A DNA stretch of 64,000 bases from Ignavibacteriota bacterium (GTDB lineage: Bacteria; Bacteroidota; Ignavibacteria; UBA10030), in assembly GCA_963727825.1 (NCBI GenBank), contig CAVSHO010000001.1, positions 288,001-352,000 of the forward strand, read 5' to 3'. Positions 60,549 to 64,000 of this stretch are shown one piece after another (the stretch's first letter is position 1; the number at the start of each line of letters is the position of its first letter). The notes under the pieces were generated by a model that saw only the letters and a list, made by a program, of their open reading frames with translations, was not told the DNA's origin and ran no database searches. Both the position numbers and the translations under genes were made by a program.

Positions 60549-61363
60549 ATTCACTTTTTTCGTTGACGGATAAGGTTGCGTTAGTAACTGGCGCATTAGG
60601 TTTGCTTGGCAGGCAGCATTGCGATGCGCTTGCTCAATCAGGTGCGAATATCGTCGTAACCGATGTCGATCAGGAGGGATGCAATGCTTTTGCCAGAGAT
60701 CTTGCCTCAGAATACCATATCACTGCTTTTGGATGTGCAATGGATATTACCAACGAGGAATCGCTGTGTAGCGTTCGTGATGCGATGCTGAAACAATTCG
60801 GCAGGCTTAATATTTTGGTCAACAATGCTGCGATCAATGATTTAGTTGAAAAACGTAGCAACAAAGTAGATTATTCAAGTTTTGAATTTTTTCCGCTCCA
60901 AGAATGGAAACAATCTCTAGAAGTGAATGTAACCGGGCTTTTCTTGTGCTGCAGAATATTTGGTGCGCTTATGGTTGAAAACGGGAGCGGTAGTATTATT
61001 AATATCGCATCAACCTATGGAATGGTCGCACCTAACCAGTCTATCTATGTTCGCCCCGATGGTACGCGATTAATGTTCAAATCACCAGCATATCCTACAA
61101 CGAAAGGTGCAGTGTTGGCTTTGACAAAATACTTGGCGGCATATTGGGGAAGCAAGGGTATTCGCGTGAATGCTCTTTCACCGGGTGGAGTCGAAAATGG
61201 GCAGGAAGAATTTTTTGTCGAAAATTATTCTGCGAAAACACCTCTGCAGCGCATGGCACATCCAAATGATTATAAAGGCGCAATAGTTTTTCTAGCGAGC
61301 GATGCATCCCAGTATATGACCGGTGCAAATTTAGTCGTGGATGGTGGTTGGACAATCTGGTAA
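60545..61363 (+). CDS. SDR oxidoreductase of the PtmA-like type found in nonulosonate clusters
   Basis: TGALGLLG, NNAA, YPTTK, LSPGG, GANLVVDGG. Confidence 0.9.
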   Translation: MNSLFSLTDKVALVTGALGLLGRQHCDALAQSGANIVVTDVDQEGCNAFARDLASEYHITAFGCAMDITNEESLCSVRDAMLKQFGRLNILVNNAAINDLVEKRSNKVDYSSFEFFPLQEWKQSLEVNVTGLFLCCRIFGALMVENGSGSIINIASTYGMVAPNQSIYVRPDGTRLMFKSPAYPTTKGAVLALTKYLAAYWGSKGIRVNALSPGGVENGQEEFFVENYSAKTPLQRMAHPNDYKGAIVFLASDASQYMTGANLVVDGGWTIW

Positions 61364-61373
61364 TGAAAAGTTA

Positions 61374-61982
61374 ATGGGAAAAAACCCGATAAAACTTATA
61401 GCAACTACCAATAAAAGCGGATTAAAAAGACGCGCAGATCGAATACGGCTGTTATTAACCGATTGCGATGGCGTACTAACGGATAATGGTGTGTACTATT
61501 CTGATCATGGCGAGGAGATGAAACGATTCTCTATTCGTGACGGTATGGGAGTCGCTCGGTTGCGAAGTGCAGGAATTGAGATAGGGATCATTTCAGGAGA
61601 GGCGTCACGGAGTTTGCAGCAACGTGCCGAGAAACTATGTATTACTCATTTATATCTTGGTGTGAAAGATAAACTTCAGCAGGTAATATCTATTGCCAAA
61701 CATCATAACATTCCCCTGGAGGCCGTTGCATATATCGGAGATGATGTAAATGATATCAATGTTATGTCTAAGCTGTATGAAATAAGCTTGACTGCTGTTC
61801 CCAGTGATGCTTTACCTTCAGTACATCGCTTGGCACATTACGTATGTACATGCAATGGAGGACATGGTGCTTTCCGCGAATTTTCAGATTGGATTCTTGA
61901 TCTCCGCGGCACAGAAAAACCTGTCAATGAAACATATGAAAAAATAGATAATTCACTTATTCTTTCAAAGGTAAAAGTATGA
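61374..61982 (+). CDS. KdsC/Kdn-9-phosphate phosphatase-like HAD hydrolase
   Basis: DCDGVLTD, FSIRDG, YIGDDVND, GGHGAFRE. Confidence 0.9.
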   Translation: MGKNPIKLIATTNKSGLKRRADRIRLLLTDCDGVLTDNGVYYSDHGEEMKRFSIRDGMGVARLRSAGIEIGIISGEASRSLQQRAEKLCITHLYLGVKDKLQQVISIAKHHNIPLEAVAYIGDDVNDINVMSKLYEISLTAVPSDALPSVHRLAHYVCTCNGGHGAFREFSDWILDLRGTEKPVNETYEKIDNSLILSKVKV

Positions 61983-62908
61983 ATTCCGATGTTTTACGAG
62001 TTGGGCACAAATTTATAGGCGCTAATCAGCCTGTATATGTCATAGCCGAAATCGGCATCAATCACAATGGTTCATTAGAATTAGCAAAGAAGCTTATTGA
62101 TGCTGCATTTCTTGCTGGATGTGATGCGGTTAAATTTCAAAAACGAACCCCCGTAAAATGCGTTCCAATAGATCAATGGAATATCGAGCGCGATACACCA
62201 TGGGGACGCATGACATATATCAACTACCGCAATAAGATGGAATTTGGGAAGGAACAATTTGACGAGATCGATCAATACTGTCGTGTACGCGGAATTGCAT
62301 GGTTTGCATCTTGCTGGGATGAAGACTCCGTCGATTTTATGGAACAATATGCTGTCCCGTGTTACAAAGCACCTTCTGCCTCGCTTACAGACATAGAACT
62401 TCTTCGCAAGATGAAATCTACAGGCAAACCGTTAATCATCTCTACCGGTATGTCGACAATGGATGAAATTGAAACAGTCTTTGATTGTATAGGTCTCGAT
62501 AATCTTTTAATCGCACACACAACATCTACCTATCCTTGTCCGCTCCATGAAATTAATCTCCGGATGATTCAAACACTACAGGAAAAGTATATTAATAATC
62601 CTATCGGTTACTCAGGCCATGAAACGGGATTATCGCCTACATGGGCGGCTGTTGCACTGGGCGCAACGTTTGTCGAACGACATATCACACTTGATCGAGC
62701 GATGTGGGGAAGTGATCAGGCGGCTTCCGTGGAAATAGGCGGGCTTATACGACTTGTTCAAAATATTCGTGACATTGAGCGTGCATTTGGCGATGGTATC
62801 AAGCGGGTTTATCCGAGCGAGATTGGCCAGCGGAACAAATTACGTCGTATTAATTCTCTGGATCCGGTTTCCATATCAACTGAACGTTCCATGGTTTGTT
62901 CGCCATGA
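61979..62908 (+). CDS. NeuB-family PEP-dependent ulosonate synthase (short form without SAF domain)
   Basis: IAEIGINHNG, DAVKFQKR, ISTGMS, GYSGHE, VERHITLDR, GSDQAAS. Confidence 0.93.
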   Translation: MNSDVLRVGHKFIGANQPVYVIAEIGINHNGSLELAKKLIDAAFLAGCDAVKFQKRTPVKCVPIDQWNIERDTPWGRMTYINYRNKMEFGKEQFDEIDQYCRVRGIAWFASCWDEDSVDFMEQYAVPCYKAPSASLTDIELLRKMKSTGKPLIISTGMSTMDEIETVFDCIGLDNLLIAHTTSTYPCPLHEINLRMIQTLQEKYINNPIGYSGHETGLSPTWAAVALGATFVERHITLDRAMWGSDQAASVEIGGLIRLVQNIRDIERAFGDGIKRVYPSEIGQRNKLRRINSLDPVSISTERSMVCSP

Positions 62909-63046
62909 ATTGATTTTCTCGCTATGCCTTCGGTCAATTTCCCTATCTTCTATCCTGAGTTGTGAGGTTACTTTATCAGCAGTATGTCTATTTTTTACCA
63001 GTTCATTCCTGACTATACTGCATTTGAACACAATTTACGCAAATTA

Positions 63047-63074
63047 ATAATCCTTTGTTAACAGAAAGATAACA
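63047..63074 (+). promoter_or_regulatory. Putative Pho box upstream of sixA
   Basis: ATAATC-ctttg-TTAACA-gaaag-ATAACA (11-bp period). Confidence 0.7.
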
Positions 63075-63169
63075 GAAAGACAGGGAATGTTCTCTTACTT
63101 TATTGTGAGTAAAAAAAAACTGTATATTGTGTCTATAAATATGATCGCATGATATTTTATTAAGGATTA

Positions 63170-63667
63170 TTGATGCTGGTTTATATTCTTCGCCATGGAA
63201 TTGCAGCGCCACGCGGTGTCAAACCATACCCAAATGATGATCGTCCTCTCACAGAAGAAGGTATTGAGAAGATGTTAAAAGGCGCAATGGGAATTGTGCA
63301 TCTGGTAGATGATGTAGATATTATTTTAACGAGCCCAATGATACGGGCTGCCGAAACTGCTAAGATTGTCGCAAAGGCATTACACATTGAATCAAAACTC
63401 CAGATTTGTAATGAGCTAAGTCCGGGGAGTTCATTAAAGAATCTTCTTACGTACCTTGCAAAATTTAAAAAATTGAGAGGTATCATGATTGTCGGTCATG
63501 AACCGGATCTTGCTTATTTCGCTTCTGCATTGCTGGGTAAGAAAACACCAGTTATTGAATTTAAAAAGGGTTCACTTTGCTGCATAGAAGTGACCACAAT
63601 ACCATCGAAAAAAGATGGGAAATTACTCTGGCTTGTTACGCCAAAACAATTACGATTGATGGCATAA
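63170..63667 (+). CDS. sixA: Phosphohistidine phosphatase SixA
   Basis: ILRHG, DRPLT, TSPMIRAAETA, VGHEPDL. Confidence 0.9.
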   Translation: MMLVYILRHGIAAPRGVKPYPNDDRPLTEEGIEKMLKGAMGIVHLVDDVDIILTSPMIRAAETAKIVAKALHIESKLQICNELSPGSSLKNLLTYLAKFKKLRGIMIVGHEPDLAYFASALLGKKTPVIEFKKGSLCCIEVTTIPSKKDGKLLWLVTPKQLRLMA

Positions 63668-63682
63668 AAGAAAGAAGGAAAA

Positions 63683-64000
63683 ATGTCCCGCGTTTTTGAA
63701 CAAGATCACCAGCTACCCGGCCGATTAATTATTGTCGAAGGGATAGATGGATCCGGCAAGTCAACACAATTGCAATTGCTGCATAAGTGGCTCCTCAATT
63801 CGAAATATCGAACATTTTTTACAGAATGGAATTCATCAGCACTGGTAAAAGAAACAATTAAGTATGGGAAAAAGAAAAATCTTCTAACACCAACGACGTT
63901 TTCCATTTTGCATGCAACAGACTTTGCCGATCGTTTGATGCACTTGATCATTCCTCCGATGAAAGCAGGAATGATTGTCTGTGCAGATCGGTATATCTAT
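63683..64000 (+). CDS. Thymidylate-kinase-like protein, runs off the window end (not in the ORF track)
   Basis: MSRVFEQDHQLPGRLIIVEGIDGSGKSTQ...TEWNSS...DFADR...ADRYIY; AAGGA RBS. Confidence 0.85.
   Translation, partial: MSRVFEQDHQLPGRLIIVEGIDGSGKSTQLQLLHKWLLNSKYRTFFTEWNSSALVKETIKYGKKKNLLTPTTFSILHATDFADRLMHLIIPPMKAGMIVCADRYIY

Noticed and set aside
59199-61982. Assigning hemL and kdsC gene symbols
   Set aside because: Operon context points to sugar-pathway paralogues rather than tetrapyrrole or housekeeping Kdo enzymes.

Overview
Bacterial chromosomal window, most likely Ignavibacteria (Bacteroidota-related), based on a QNYPNPFNPST T9SS-type tail and the gene content. Bases 1-17.5 kb hold housekeeping and signalling genes: nusB, a TPR adenylate cyclase, a frameshifted glgP, ackA, a PcrA/UvrD helicase split into two in-frame halves, comF and uvrB. 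Bases 18-30 kb are accessory genes with three copies of a MITE-like repeat. Bases 30-64 kb look like one phosphate-starvation island. It contains two different pst-phoU operons (one with an apparently asymmetric PstB pair), a porin, a CBS-domain hybrid kinase, an OlsF-like lipid acyltransferase, a 9-gene ulosonic-acid operon (flippase-like protein, orphan glycosyltransferase-like protein, cytidylyltransferase, split transketolase, class III aminotransferase, SDR, KdsC-like phosphatase, NeuB) and sixA plus a tmk-like gene. Five promoters in the island carry 11-bp-periodic TTAACA-like repeats (putative Pho boxes). The island is interrupted at about 41.7-50.6 kb by a decayed integron-cassette-like array whose attC-like arms carry small hairpin insertions at recurring positions. 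The best candidate for an undescribed system is the putatively Pho-regulated ulosonate envelope/glycolipid pathway. No rRNA, tRNA or CRISPR array was seen. All calls come from reading the sequence; no searches were run.
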